Assembly (NCBI GenBank): GCA_963667175.2
Contig: CAXXXF010000014.1
Location: forward strand, 224,001 to 288,000
Length of the DNA: 64,000 nt
Direction of reading: 5' to 3'
Origin: Candidatus Latescibacterota bacterium
Lineage (GTDB): Bacteria > Latescibacterota > UBA2968 > GCA-2709665
Position 1 is the first letter of the stretch; each line of letters starts with the position of its first letter. Under the pieces are notes generated by a model. That model did no database searches, had not been told where the DNA came from, and saw only the letters and a program-made list of their open reading frames with translations. Made by a program: the position numbers and the translations under genes. This document shows, piece after piece, positions 42,008-50,547 of the stretch.

Positions 42008-43122
42008 TTATGATTCGACTAAGTCACGTAGTGGTCGTCCCTCGGCGTCTCTCCAGACTCTTAGCCCATTTCTGCTGCCAGCCAAAAGGAAGCATGCCGC
42101 ACCAGACGAGGTATTGAAGGTCTGATCCGAACTCAACCTAAGCGTGGTACCCTCGTCTACCAGGATTCCCTCGTCCATCAAGGCCTTCCTCATCGTGGCG
42201 TACTGTTTCGGCAGGGTGGGAAGTTCGTCTTTCACGGCCTGCGAACCACTCAGCACCACAAAGCTACCTTCGCCGTCATAACGCGCTCTGGCTTGTACGC
42301 CTTTGGAGTTCATCAACAGATGCAACGGGTACTCCAGATCCTCCAGAGCCTCGTCGGTTTCTCCCTCCTCCACCTCAGGTTCATCTGCTAGCTCATTGCC
42401 ACGTTCCAAAGCGGACTTTAGTCGAGCGTCGATCAGGTCTCTTTTACGAACTGTGCAAAAGCCTGTTGAACCAGAGGAGTGAACTGCTCTATTCTCTGCT
42501 TTGTCTTGGATCCGGGATAGTCAATTCGGGTCAGGATTAGTCGTACAAAGTCGTCGCAAGGCTTCCTCATCTCCTCGGTAAGCGCACGTTTAATCTCATT
42601 GGTGTACTTCAGTTTTCGCGCAGTTTCCACGGTTTCCTCAGGATCAAAATTGTCCTTGTGGAACTGCTTGAGTTGGCCGACCTGCAAGTCTGTGAAGTCC
42701 AGCATGTTGAACTCGAAGAACGGCCTCATGTCCATTCTCCCTGAATCGTCCAGGTCGGAGTAGAAGCGATAAACGATGCCGTCTGTTAAAATGCCGAACC
42801 GGGCACTGGTGGCCGAAAAGTAACGGAAGAGTTGAGATTCCTGCTCCACCCTCAGGTTAGCCCCGTGCCTTTTCGCCTCGATGAGTACGACAGGCGTACC
42901 GTCCAACTTAAGGGCATAGTCCACCTTCTCGCCTTTCTTGGTGCCAACGTCCGCTATGAACTCTGGAACGACTTCGGTTGGATCGAAGATGTTGTAGCCC
43001 AGCATCTGAATGAAGGGCATAACGAGGGAGGTCTTTGTCGCCTCCTCCGTATTCAGATGTTCGAGCCGGGCCTCGTATCTCTTCGACCTTGTCCGCACAT
43101 CGTCTATGAAGTCCATTGCCAA
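42008..43122 (-). pseudogene. HsdR_N (type I restriction-like nuclease domain) fused to DUF4357, split by a frameshift near 42440
   Basis: TEEATKTSLVMPFIQMLGY, KKGEKVDYA, IEAK, LTDG..YRFY; alternative frame continues DLIDARLKSALE into FVVLSGS..SSGAA..SRNGLRVW. Confidence 0.8.
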
Positions 43123-43174
43123 CTCCTTCCGAGATATTGTCAGCTGAACAGTGACACGCTACTAAGAAAGTATA

Positions 43175-44185
43175 CTATATCTGCGACTGATAGATCCTGT
43201 CGACGAGATCCATGGTCTTTACCGCATCGTCCAGGCACGTCTCCGGCTGATTTCCCGCTCGGATGCATTCCATAAAGTGACGGTTGGTATCGTACGCGCC
43301 GTACGCGCGCCAGGTATCGTCGCCGCCGCCGAGATGGAACGGATCGAGCACTTCCACCGGATCGTCCTTATTATCCGCGAATACCTTTCCGCCTTCTTCC
43401 GGGTCCCCGAATACCGAAATGCCGGGCGAGTGGATTTCCACGGAGAAGATGCGGCGCCCCGTCATCCAGTTGGTGAGCAGCACGCCGGTTGCCCCGGTAC
43501 TGAACCGCACCAGCGCCAGGTATATGTTGGTGTGGGTTGATCCCTCCCGCCGGACGTCGCTGGCCACGGATTCCACCTCGCCGCCGCAGAGATAGCGGAG
43601 CGTGTCCACCGCATGAATGGCGTCGGACGTCAGGATGTCGATCGCTCCCCGGTAGTACGGCGCCCCGCCCACGGCGTTCTTGTAGAAGGTGGACACGGCG
43701 CTGTGAACGGCCCCCCGCTTCTCGCAAAGCTCCTTGCCGTACCGGATCACCGGCGCAAACCGCCTCTGGAACGTCACGCCCGTAAGCACGTTGTGTTTCT
43801 TCGCAATCAGCGCCATCTGCCGGGTCTGTTCCGTCGTCATCGCAGGGGGTTTTTCGATGAACAGGTGGCAACCCATCTCCATCACCGTTGCCCCGATATC
43901 GTACAGATGATGGGGCGGCATGATGGCGTAGACCGCATCCGGTTCTTCCTTTTCGATCATCTCTCTGTAGTCCGAATACCGCCCCTGAATTCCGAACCGA
44001 TCGGCCGCGTCCGCCATGCGTTGCTCGCTCAGTTCTGAGACGGCCACCATCTCAACGCCCTCTAACGCCTTGAGAGAGGGATAATGCGCGCTGGTGGCGC
44101 GACCTCCTGCGCCAATCATCGCCACGCGGACGGTCTTCTTCGGCTGGGTCTCGCCTGCTGTTGCGTTCTTCCGGCTCTTGGCCAC
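43175..44185 (-). CDS. Gfo/Idh/MocA oxidoreductase
   Basis: IGAGGRA, FIEKPP, FQRRF, DAIHAVD. Confidence 0.88.
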   Translation of the reverse strand: MAKSRKNATAGETQPKKTVRVAMIGAGGRATSAHYPSLKALEGVEMVAVSELSEQRMADAADRFGIQGRYSDYREMIEKEEPDAVYAIMPPHHLYDIGATVMEMGCHLFIEKPPAMTTEQTRQMALIAKKHNVLTGVTFQRRFAPVIRYGKELCEKRGAVHSAVSTFYKNAVGGAPYYRGAIDILTSDAIHAVDTLRYLCGGEVESVASDVRREGSTHTNIYLALVRFSTGATGVLLTNWMTGRRIFSVEIHSPGISVFGDPEEGGKVFADNKDDPVEVLDPFHLGGGDDTWRAYGAYDTNRHFMECIRAGNQPETCLDDAVKTMDLVDRIYQSQI

Positions 44186-44228
44186 ACTCGCCTCCAGTCA
44201 GCCCGACAGGGTAAATACACCGTTACGG

Positions 44229-45182
44229 TCAACGATAGACCGCCTGGATCAACGCCCGCATATACCCCACCACAAACGCGCGCCCTCCCCAGAACGTGGA
44301 GTCCGTGTTCGGGAAACCGGGCGTATGATCCATCATGAACGGTCCCTCGAAACCCACTTCCTTGTAGGTCCGCATCGCCTCGTACATGTCCTGGTCTCCC
44401 TCGTCCACGAAGACCTCTTGAAAGCTCCTGGATCCGCCCCGGATATTCCTGAAATGCACGTACACGATTTTGTCCCGGCCCCCAATGTCCCGGATCGCGC
44501 CGCATACATCCTCGTCCATCTCCGCGACGCAGCCCTGGCAGAACAACATAGCATTGCTGTGGCTGGGGACCATATCGAAAATGTGATGATATTGTTCGAG
44601 GGTGGACACGATCCTGGCAGCGCCTGCCATAGGTTCCGGAATCGGCGGATCGTCGGGGTGAAGCGCCATGCGAACGTCGTTCTCTTCCGCCACCGGGATC
44701 ACGCGTTCCAGGAAATACCGGATATTCTCCAGGATCTTCTCCTCGGAGATCGCCTTGTCGGGATAGTACGGCGGATCCACCATGAATTTCTCGTAATCGA
44801 ACGTACTGTACCGGGCGCCGCCCCGGCCGGGAGGTACGGACTCGGTTCGGAAATTTCCCGCGGGTTTGAAATTGTATCCCAGCGTGGGAATGCCGACCTC
44901 GCCCATACTTCTCAAGAGCTGGCGCCATGCGTCGATCTTCTCGTCGCGGTCATCGAGAGCAAGCGAGATCTCGTCCCATCCGGTTGCCGCCAGGTTGGTG
45001 AGCTTCAACCCGTGGGATTCGGCCAGCGTCTTAAGGTCCCTCCAGAGTTCCGTCCGGTCCCTGCCCTGGCGGACGTCCGGCGGGATGGCGTTCACCGTCA
45101 GATAATCCACTCCGATCGCCTTGAAAAAACTCAGCGTATCGTCGTTGATCTGGTCCCAGGGAAGCTGTTCCTGTATATACAT
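44229..45182 (-). CDS. uxuA: Mannonate dehydratase-family protein
   Basis: GYNF, ALHPDDPP, FCQG, VHFRN, F.EVFVDEG, MMDH.P. Confidence 0.85.
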   Translation of the reverse strand: MYIQEQLPWDQINDDTLSFFKAIGVDYLTVNAIPPDVRQGRDRTELWRDLKTLAESHGLKLTNLAATGWDEISLALDDRDEKIDAWRQLLRSMGEVGIPTLGYNFKPAGNFRTESVPPGRGGARYSTFDYEKFMVDPPYYPDKAISEEKILENIRYFLERVIPVAEENDVRMALHPDDPPIPEPMAGAARIVSTLEQYHHIFDMVPSHSNAMLFCQGCVAEMDEDVCGAIRDIGGRDKIVYVHFRNIRGGSRSFQEVFVDEGDQDMYEAMRTYKEVGFEGPFMMDHTPGFPNTDSTFWGGRAFVVGYMRALIQAVYR

Positions 45183-45218
45183 TTCGATATTCCTCCCGTT
45201 TGCGAAACTGAGATTCGT

Positions 45219-46190
45219 CTACCCGTAGACCGTCTGTATCAATGCGCGGATATATCCCACGGCATAGGCGTGCCCGGCCCTGGATTGAACGTCTCCCGGG
45301 ATGCCCGGCGTGTGATCCATCATGAAAGGTCCGTCGAACCCGACCTCCCTGTAGACCTCCATGGCCCGGCGCATGTTCACGTCGCCCTCGTCCAGAAACA
45401 CCTCCTGGAAACTGGGCAGGGCCCCGCGCACGTTTCTGAAATGCACGAATACGATCTTGTTGCGACGCCCCATCTCGCGGATGGTTTCATACACGTCCAC
45501 GCCCATTTCGGTCACGCAGCCCTGGCAGAACAGCATCCCGTTGCCGTCGCCCGGCGCGGCCGCGAAGATCCGCCGATAGTGGTCCAGCGTGGACACGATC
45601 TGGGCAACGCCGCCAAGCGGTTCCGGGATGGGCGGGTCGTCCGGGTGGAGCGCCATTTTTACCCCCGCCTTTTCGGCGGCCGGTACCGCACACTCCAGGA
45701 AAACCCTCATGTTCGCCCAGATCTCCGCTTCGTCGACCGGAGGATCATGGGGTTGGGGCCTGTTTCGTGAGAACGTCTCGTAATCGAACGTGCTGTATAC
45801 GGACCCGCCCCGGCCAAGCGGCACAGAGGGCGTGCGGAAGTTGCCCATCGGTTTGAAGTTGTACCCCAGCGCGGGTATGCCCGCCTCGCCCATACACTGC
45901 AGCATGCGGCGCCATGCGTCGAGCTTGTCGTCGCGATCGGGAAGGCCGAACGCCAGTTCGTCCCACCCGGCCATAAAGATGCTGTACAACGCCATTCCGT
46001 GGGCTTCCACCTTCTCTTTCGCGGCTTCGAAGAACGGGCGGCTGTCCCTGCCGTCGCGCAGATCCATCGTCGGATCCAGCCTGTGCATCGCGCGGATATC
46101 CAGGCAGATCATGTCCGCCCCGATCGCTCGCGAAAACCGCAGCGTCTCATCGTTGAAATCAGCCCAGGAGACGTGATCCTGAATCGTCAT
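45219..46190 (-). CDS. uxuA: Mannonate dehydratase-family protein (tandem paralogue)
   Basis: Same motifs as its neighbour; ATG 46190 overlaps the upstream stop. Confidence 0.85.
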   Translation of the reverse strand: MTIQDHVSWADFNDETLRFSRAIGADMICLDIRAMHRLDPTMDLRDGRDSRPFFEAAKEKVEAHGMALYSIFMAGWDELAFGLPDRDDKLDAWRRMLQCMGEAGIPALGYNFKPMGNFRTPSVPLGRGGSVYSTFDYETFSRNRPQPHDPPVDEAEIWANMRVFLECAVPAAEKAGVKMALHPDDPPIPEPLGGVAQIVSTLDHYRRIFAAAPGDGNGMLFCQGCVTEMGVDVYETIREMGRRNKIVFVHFRNVRGALPSFQEVFLDEGDVNMRRAMEVYREVGFDGPFMMDHTPGIPGDVQSRAGHAYAVGYIRALIQTVYG

Positions 46191-47344
46191 GTCCGTGATC
46201 CTCGGGCCAGAAGCCGTGAAATGCCGAACATCTCGCGGTTCGTCGCATCGGCTTCGCCGGTACACAACTTCGCCAGAATCTCCCCGATCGCGGATGAGAA
46301 CTTGAACCCGTGCCCCGAGCAGGGCGAGGCAATGATCACCTGCTCGACGTCGGGATAATAATCCACGATCCACCGCGTATACGGAAGATTCGTGTACATG
46401 CAGACGTGGCTCTCGACAACGGGTCCCGCGGCGTCGGGGATAAATCTCTCCACCAGCGGGCGAATCTCCGCCTCATCCTCCGGGGTGGTCGTCCGATCCA
46501 GCGTTTCGGGGTCTACGCCCGCACGTCCGCAGTGCAATGCCGCCTTGAAACCCCGCCCGAAATCCGGCTGGCAGTAAAACGAAACCCCGTCCTCACACAC
46601 CCATGTGTTGTTGGGACAGCACCCGGACGCGAACATCTCCGGGTTCCGCAGCGGCCGGAAGAAAAACAGCGTCATCCGCTCGATTTCGACCGGAAGCGCC
46701 AGATTCGCCACGAGCCGGGAGACCCAGGCGCCCGCGCTGACGACGAGCCTGGCTGCCGATATTTCGCCCGACTTCAATCTCACCCGCACCGCGCTTCCAA
46801 CCTGCGTCCAGTCCAGAACCGGGCAATCGAAGTTCAACTCCGCACCCGCGTTTTCCGCCAGACTCAGATGCGCGTTGATGCAGGCTTCGGGAAAGACGGC
46901 GCCAGCCCGCGGCTCGAAGATCCCCTCCCAGCCGTCATCGACCCGGAACATGGGATACCGCTGACGCACCGTTTCAGCCGGAACCTGCTCGACTGGAATA
47001 TTGAACGCGCGGGCGCTTTCCAGAACCCCGAGACGTTCGGCCCCGCCGGGCGGCCGCATGGACAGGTGGCCGTACGTCCGGACGAGCTCCGCGCCGCTTT
47101 CGTCTTCCAGCGCTTCCCACAGCGCGTAAGCGCGTCGAATCAAGTTTACGTAAGCCGGCCCGCTGGCATAGGCCTCGCGGATCACCCGCGCGTATCCGTG
47201 CGACGAGCCGTGCGCGTGCGGCGGACGATAGCGGTCGAACCCCGCCACCCGCAGTCCGCGCTTTGCCAGATGATAGACCGCCGCGCTGCCCATCGCGCCC
47301 AGCCCGGCCACCACCACGTCAACCGTCGACCCGCCGTTTCCCAT
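46187..47344 (-). CDS. solA: Monomeric sarcosine oxidase / N-methyltryptophan oxidase
   Basis: GLGAMGS, HGSSHG..RVIR, covalent-FAD VCMYT, CSGHGFKF. Confidence 0.85.
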   Translation of the reverse strand: MGNGGSTVDVVVAGLGAMGSAAVYHLAKRGLRVAGFDRYRPPHAHGSSHGYARVIREAYASGPAYVNLIRRAYALWEALEDESGAELVRTYGHLSMRPPGGAERLGVLESARAFNIPVEQVPAETVRQRYPMFRVDDGWEGIFEPRAGAVFPEACINAHLSLAENAGAELNFDCPVLDWTQVGSAVRVRLKSGEISAARLVVSAGAWVSRLVANLALPVEIERMTLFFFRPLRNPEMFASGCCPNNTWVCEDGVSFYCQPDFGRGFKAALHCGRAGVDPETLDRTTTPEDEAEIRPLVERFIPDAAGPVVESHVCMYTNLPYTRWIVDYYPDVEQVIIASPCSGHGFKFSSAIGEILAKLCTGEADATNREMFGISRLLARGSRT

Positions 47345-47434
47345 AGGACGGATCATGTAGCCCGCCCCGAACAAAGTCAAGCCCGTAATGAAAGCACAGC
47401 CGACCGGCGACTCTTTGTGTACTCCCCTGTCCGG

Positions 47435-48799
47435 CTATCCTCCCAGCCTGCCCAGGACGTTGCGGGTGATCCGCGTGACGGGACCGTCGTCGCGGTAGAG
47501 GCCGTGCGACCATTCCATGGTTGCCGCCGTGAAGACGGTCCCCCTGAACTCGGTCTCGTTGACGGCGATGGTCGCATAGAACCGGTCGTAATGAATGCCG
47601 AGGTCGGCGTTGAATCCGTGGTCTTCGGCGTCTCCGATGGCGATGATCCGGTAGTGCGGGCTGATCCCGTCGCTGCCGGTGAAGTACGGCTTTCCTTCCC
47701 TGAACTCGATGTCGCCGCCGTCACATTCCACGCCGACGATCGAGTCCTCGCGCCCGAACTCGTCCCCTTCCTCCAAACCGGTCCCCTCGAACGCCCAGTG
47801 GTCGGGCCGGCTCACGCGAAAGAATCCGTACTCCCCGCTTGTGGGCGCGATGAACACGCCGGGCGTCCGGGTCTTCGCGTGGACGGCGGCCGAATAGGAA
47901 ACCCCGATGGTGCGCTGGCGAAGGTTGTCGATCCCGCGGAGTAAGGAGGTGTGCGGGTCATCAGGCGTGCCCAGCGGGTGTTTCTTGTACCGGGTCTTGG
48001 CGCAATAGAGCTGTCTCCCGTTGCCCCTCGTCTCCACCAGGTGCGAGAACGAGTTTCCCGCCAGCACGATCAGGTTCCCGCCGCGGGCCACGAACCGCTG
48101 AAGCTGTTCGCACTCCTCCCGGCTGGTATACTCGCCGTGTCCGATCCTCAGATGTGCCGCATAATTGTCGAGAAGCTCCGGTTCCCGGTCGTGGTCCGCG
48201 TTGATACAATAGTCCACGGAATATCCCTCGGCGTCCAGCCAGGAGGTGATGAACTGGTCCCAGGCGTAGAATCCGCCCATGATGTCCGGTTGCAGCGGAC
48301 GCTCGAACGTCACCAGGTCGCTGTGGGTTCGGTCGGTGGACAGATAGTGGAAGAGACTCTTGCCGCCCACCGGGTTGTAGGCGGCATAGGTATTGGTCTC
48401 GATGGTCAGAAGCATCGGGGCGGAGGGAACGCGAGGACGGACCACGAACAGGATTTCGCGGACCCCCTGGGCGGTGGGGAAGCCGGCGACGTAGACGCCG
48501 CTCTTCCAGTCGTTCGGGACGCGGAACGTCACCGTCTCGGGCCAGTCGAATCCGTCGCGATAGCCGAACGCGGGGATCGGAGGAAGCGCGCCGCGCAGGT
48601 TGGCGATCTCCTTGACAAGACGGCGGCGGGCGCCTTCGTGGTACACGAACACGTCGTAGTACGATCTGGAATTCGAGATATGGAAGGTGACTTCCTCTCC
48701 CTGAAACACACTCATCGGACTGGCGTAACCGCCCTCTCTCAATTTCCAGTACCGCGTTGCGTCCTGTTCGTAGTGGGCGAAAATGTGTTCGCGTTTCAC
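47435..48799 (-). CDS. N,N-dimethylformamidase large-subunit-like protein
   Basis: WKSGVYV, TNTYAAYN, GHGEY, GGNL..LAGN, HWAFEGTG, VGVECD, VFTAAT; GTG start. Confidence 0.72.
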   Translation of the reverse strand: MKREHIFAHYEQDATRYWKLREGGYASPMSVFQGEEVTFHISNSRSYYDVFVYHEGARRRLVKEIANLRGALPPIPAFGYRDGFDWPETVTFRVPNDWKSGVYVAGFPTAQGVREILFVVRPRVPSAPMLLTIETNTYAAYNPVGGKSLFHYLSTDRTHSDLVTFERPLQPDIMGGFYAWDQFITSWLDAEGYSVDYCINADHDREPELLDNYAAHLRIGHGEYTSREECEQLQRFVARGGNLIVLAGNSFSHLVETRGNGRQLYCAKTRYKKHPLGTPDDPHTSLLRGIDNLRQRTIGVSYSAAVHAKTRTPGVFIAPTSGEYGFFRVSRPDHWAFEGTGLEEGDEFGREDSIVGVECDGGDIEFREGKPYFTGSDGISPHYRIIAIGDAEDHGFNADLGIHYDRFYATIAVNETEFRGTVFTAATMEWSHGLYRDDGPVTRITRNVLGRLGG

Positions 48800-48825
48800 A
48801 GGATCTCCTTAACCTGAATAATTCA

Positions 48826-50535
48826 CCTAAGGCGGCTTCGCTTTGCTCAGCCGCAACCAAAAAGGTGGTAGTCAAGAGCAGTTTGTTTTGTGGTATGAAA
48901 AACGGCGTTCGTCCTTTATGATGGTGGTCCCAACCGCCATCAACCCAAGGAGGAACGCCGTGAACGACTTCGTGGACCAATATAATGAAAAAATCAGTGG
49001 CGTGGTATCGTGTTTTGATCGGGTTTTGTTCAAGGGGTACCTGCCGCTGGGATTTGGCAATGCGATGGAGCGTTTCATGGGTAATCAGGGTTTTTTGTTG
49101 AAGGACTTCAAGCGTTTTGTGACGTCGCATTCCAAAACGATCAAAGCCCACGCGGAGGCGGTGGCGAGCAGGCACAAGCGCCCGTTCCTCTATCTCGACC
49201 GCAACACCGTCAGGAAAGAGGAGGAAGCGCGACGCATCGCCCAACGAGATGGGATCACCCGCGGCCTGGTCTGTGTGTTCCGCGCCGTGGAAGGCTGTCA
49301 GAGTTTCAAGCTGGTTCCAGGGGAAGGAAGGCCTCGCCTGCTCAACGCCCGGCGGAAGTGCCTGTGCTACTACTTCTACTATATCGACCGTGAGTTCGGG
49401 TTGCTGCATATCCGCATCCAGTCCTGGTTCCCCCTGGTGGTGCAGGTCTGTCTCAATGGCCACGAATACCTGGCGCGCAAGCTCGATAAAAACGGCATTG
49501 CCTATGAAAAAGCAGACAACGCGTTTCTATGGATCGACGACGTGGCCCGGGCGCAACGCTTTGCCGATCGTTTTGTCGAGAAGAATTGGCCGCGCATTCT
49601 CTCCGGGCTTGCCCGCAGGGTCAACCCCCTGCTCAAAGACCTGCTTTCGGGAATGGACTATTACTGGGTCGTTGACCAGGCTGAGTTCGCCACCGACGTG
49701 ATGTTCACAAGCCCCCACGCCCTGAAGGTGCTGTATGAAAATCTGCTCAGACATACGGTGCTGTGCTTCTCCCCCCAGGACATCCTGACCTTCCTGGGAC
49801 GCAAACTCCACGGCAACTTTCAGGGCGAAGTCCTCACGGACTTCAAAAACAAACGCCAACCCGGCGCACGGGTCAAACACCGGATGTGTGAGAACTGGAT
49901 GAAAATGTACGACAAACACGGGCGCGTACTACGCATAGAGACAGTGATCAACCATCCAAGGCAGTTCAAGGTCCGCCGCTGGGGCATACGCCAAGGACAA
50001 CGCGTGATGGGCTGGTATCCCATGGCCAAAGGCGTGGCCAACCTCTACCGCTATCGGGAAATCTCATTGAAGGCCAACCAACACTACCTTCATGCGCTGG
50101 CAGCAGCACCAGACACCGCGAAGAGCCGTCACAGCCTCACCACACTTGCCCGACCACGCAGGCACAGGGGGCGTACCTATCGGGGCTTCAATCCCGCCGA
50201 CACCCGCGACCTCGACCTCTTCACCGCCGTCCTGAAAGGCGAACACGCCCTGATGGGCTTCCGCAATCGGGACATCCGAAAACACCTCTTCAAACAACCC
50301 AGAACCCTCGACCAGCGCCGACGGCAGGCCAACGCCGTCAGCCGACTTCTCAAACGCCTACACGTCCGAGGCCTGATCGCCAAAATCCCACGGTCCAGAA
50401 GATGGCGCGTCACACAGGCCGGACACGTCACACTCGCGACTTCACTGACACTATACCACAAGCACACAAACCCTATCCAAGCAGCATGAACAAACTTCTA
50501 CGCATCTTGCGTTGAAGTCTTACTGTAAGACTCTA
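48826..50535 (+). mobile_element. Putative IS-like element with terminal hairpins and no terminal inverted repeats (boundaries approximate)
   Basis: gcggct / agccgc hairpin at 48832-48854; agtcttac-t-gtaagact palindrome at 50516-50532; single large basic ORF. Confidence 0.55.
48960..50489 (+). CDS. 509-aa transposase-like protein with KMYDK..LRIET motif and C-terminal winged helix
   Basis: AAGGAGG RBS before GTG 48960; SCFDRVLFKG, YYFYYIDREFG, GHEY, KMYDK, GFRNRD, LKRLHVRGLIAKIPRSRRWRVT. Confidence 0.7.
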   Translation: MNDFVDQYNEKISGVVSCFDRVLFKGYLPLGFGNAMERFMGNQGFLLKDFKRFVTSHSKTIKAHAEAVASRHKRPFLYLDRNTVRKEEEARRIAQRDGITRGLVCVFRAVEGCQSFKLVPGEGRPRLLNARRKCLCYYFYYIDREFGLLHIRIQSWFPLVVQVCLNGHEYLARKLDKNGIAYEKADNAFLWIDDVARAQRFADRFVEKNWPRILSGLARRVNPLLKDLLSGMDYYWVVDQAEFATDVMFTSPHALKVLYENLLRHTVLCFSPQDILTFLGRKLHGNFQGEVLTDFKNKRQPGARVKHRMCENWMKMYDKHGRVLRIETVINHPRQFKVRRWGIRQGQRVMGWYPMAKGVANLYRYREISLKANQHYLHALAAAPDTAKSRHSLTTLARPRRHRGRTYRGFNPADTRDLDLFTAVLKGEHALMGFRNRDIRKHLFKQPRTLDQRRRQANAVSRLLKRLHVRGLIAKIPRSRRWRVTQAGHVTLATSLTLYHKHTNPIQAA

Positions 50536-50547
50536 AACATTAACTAA

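Larger units (their letters stand above)
39335..43174. mobile_element. Low-GC passenger island, possibly IS1595-derived
   Basis: Sharp GC drop; left end ggggcttatatacttaacttgacagcgtg, degenerate complement cacgctactaagaaagtata on the right; internal transposase N-terminal remnant. Confidence 0.5.

Noticed and set aside
44094-47944. Long plus-strand ORFs (558 and 544 aa)
   Set aside because: Shadows of the uxuA, solA and DMFase-like genes.
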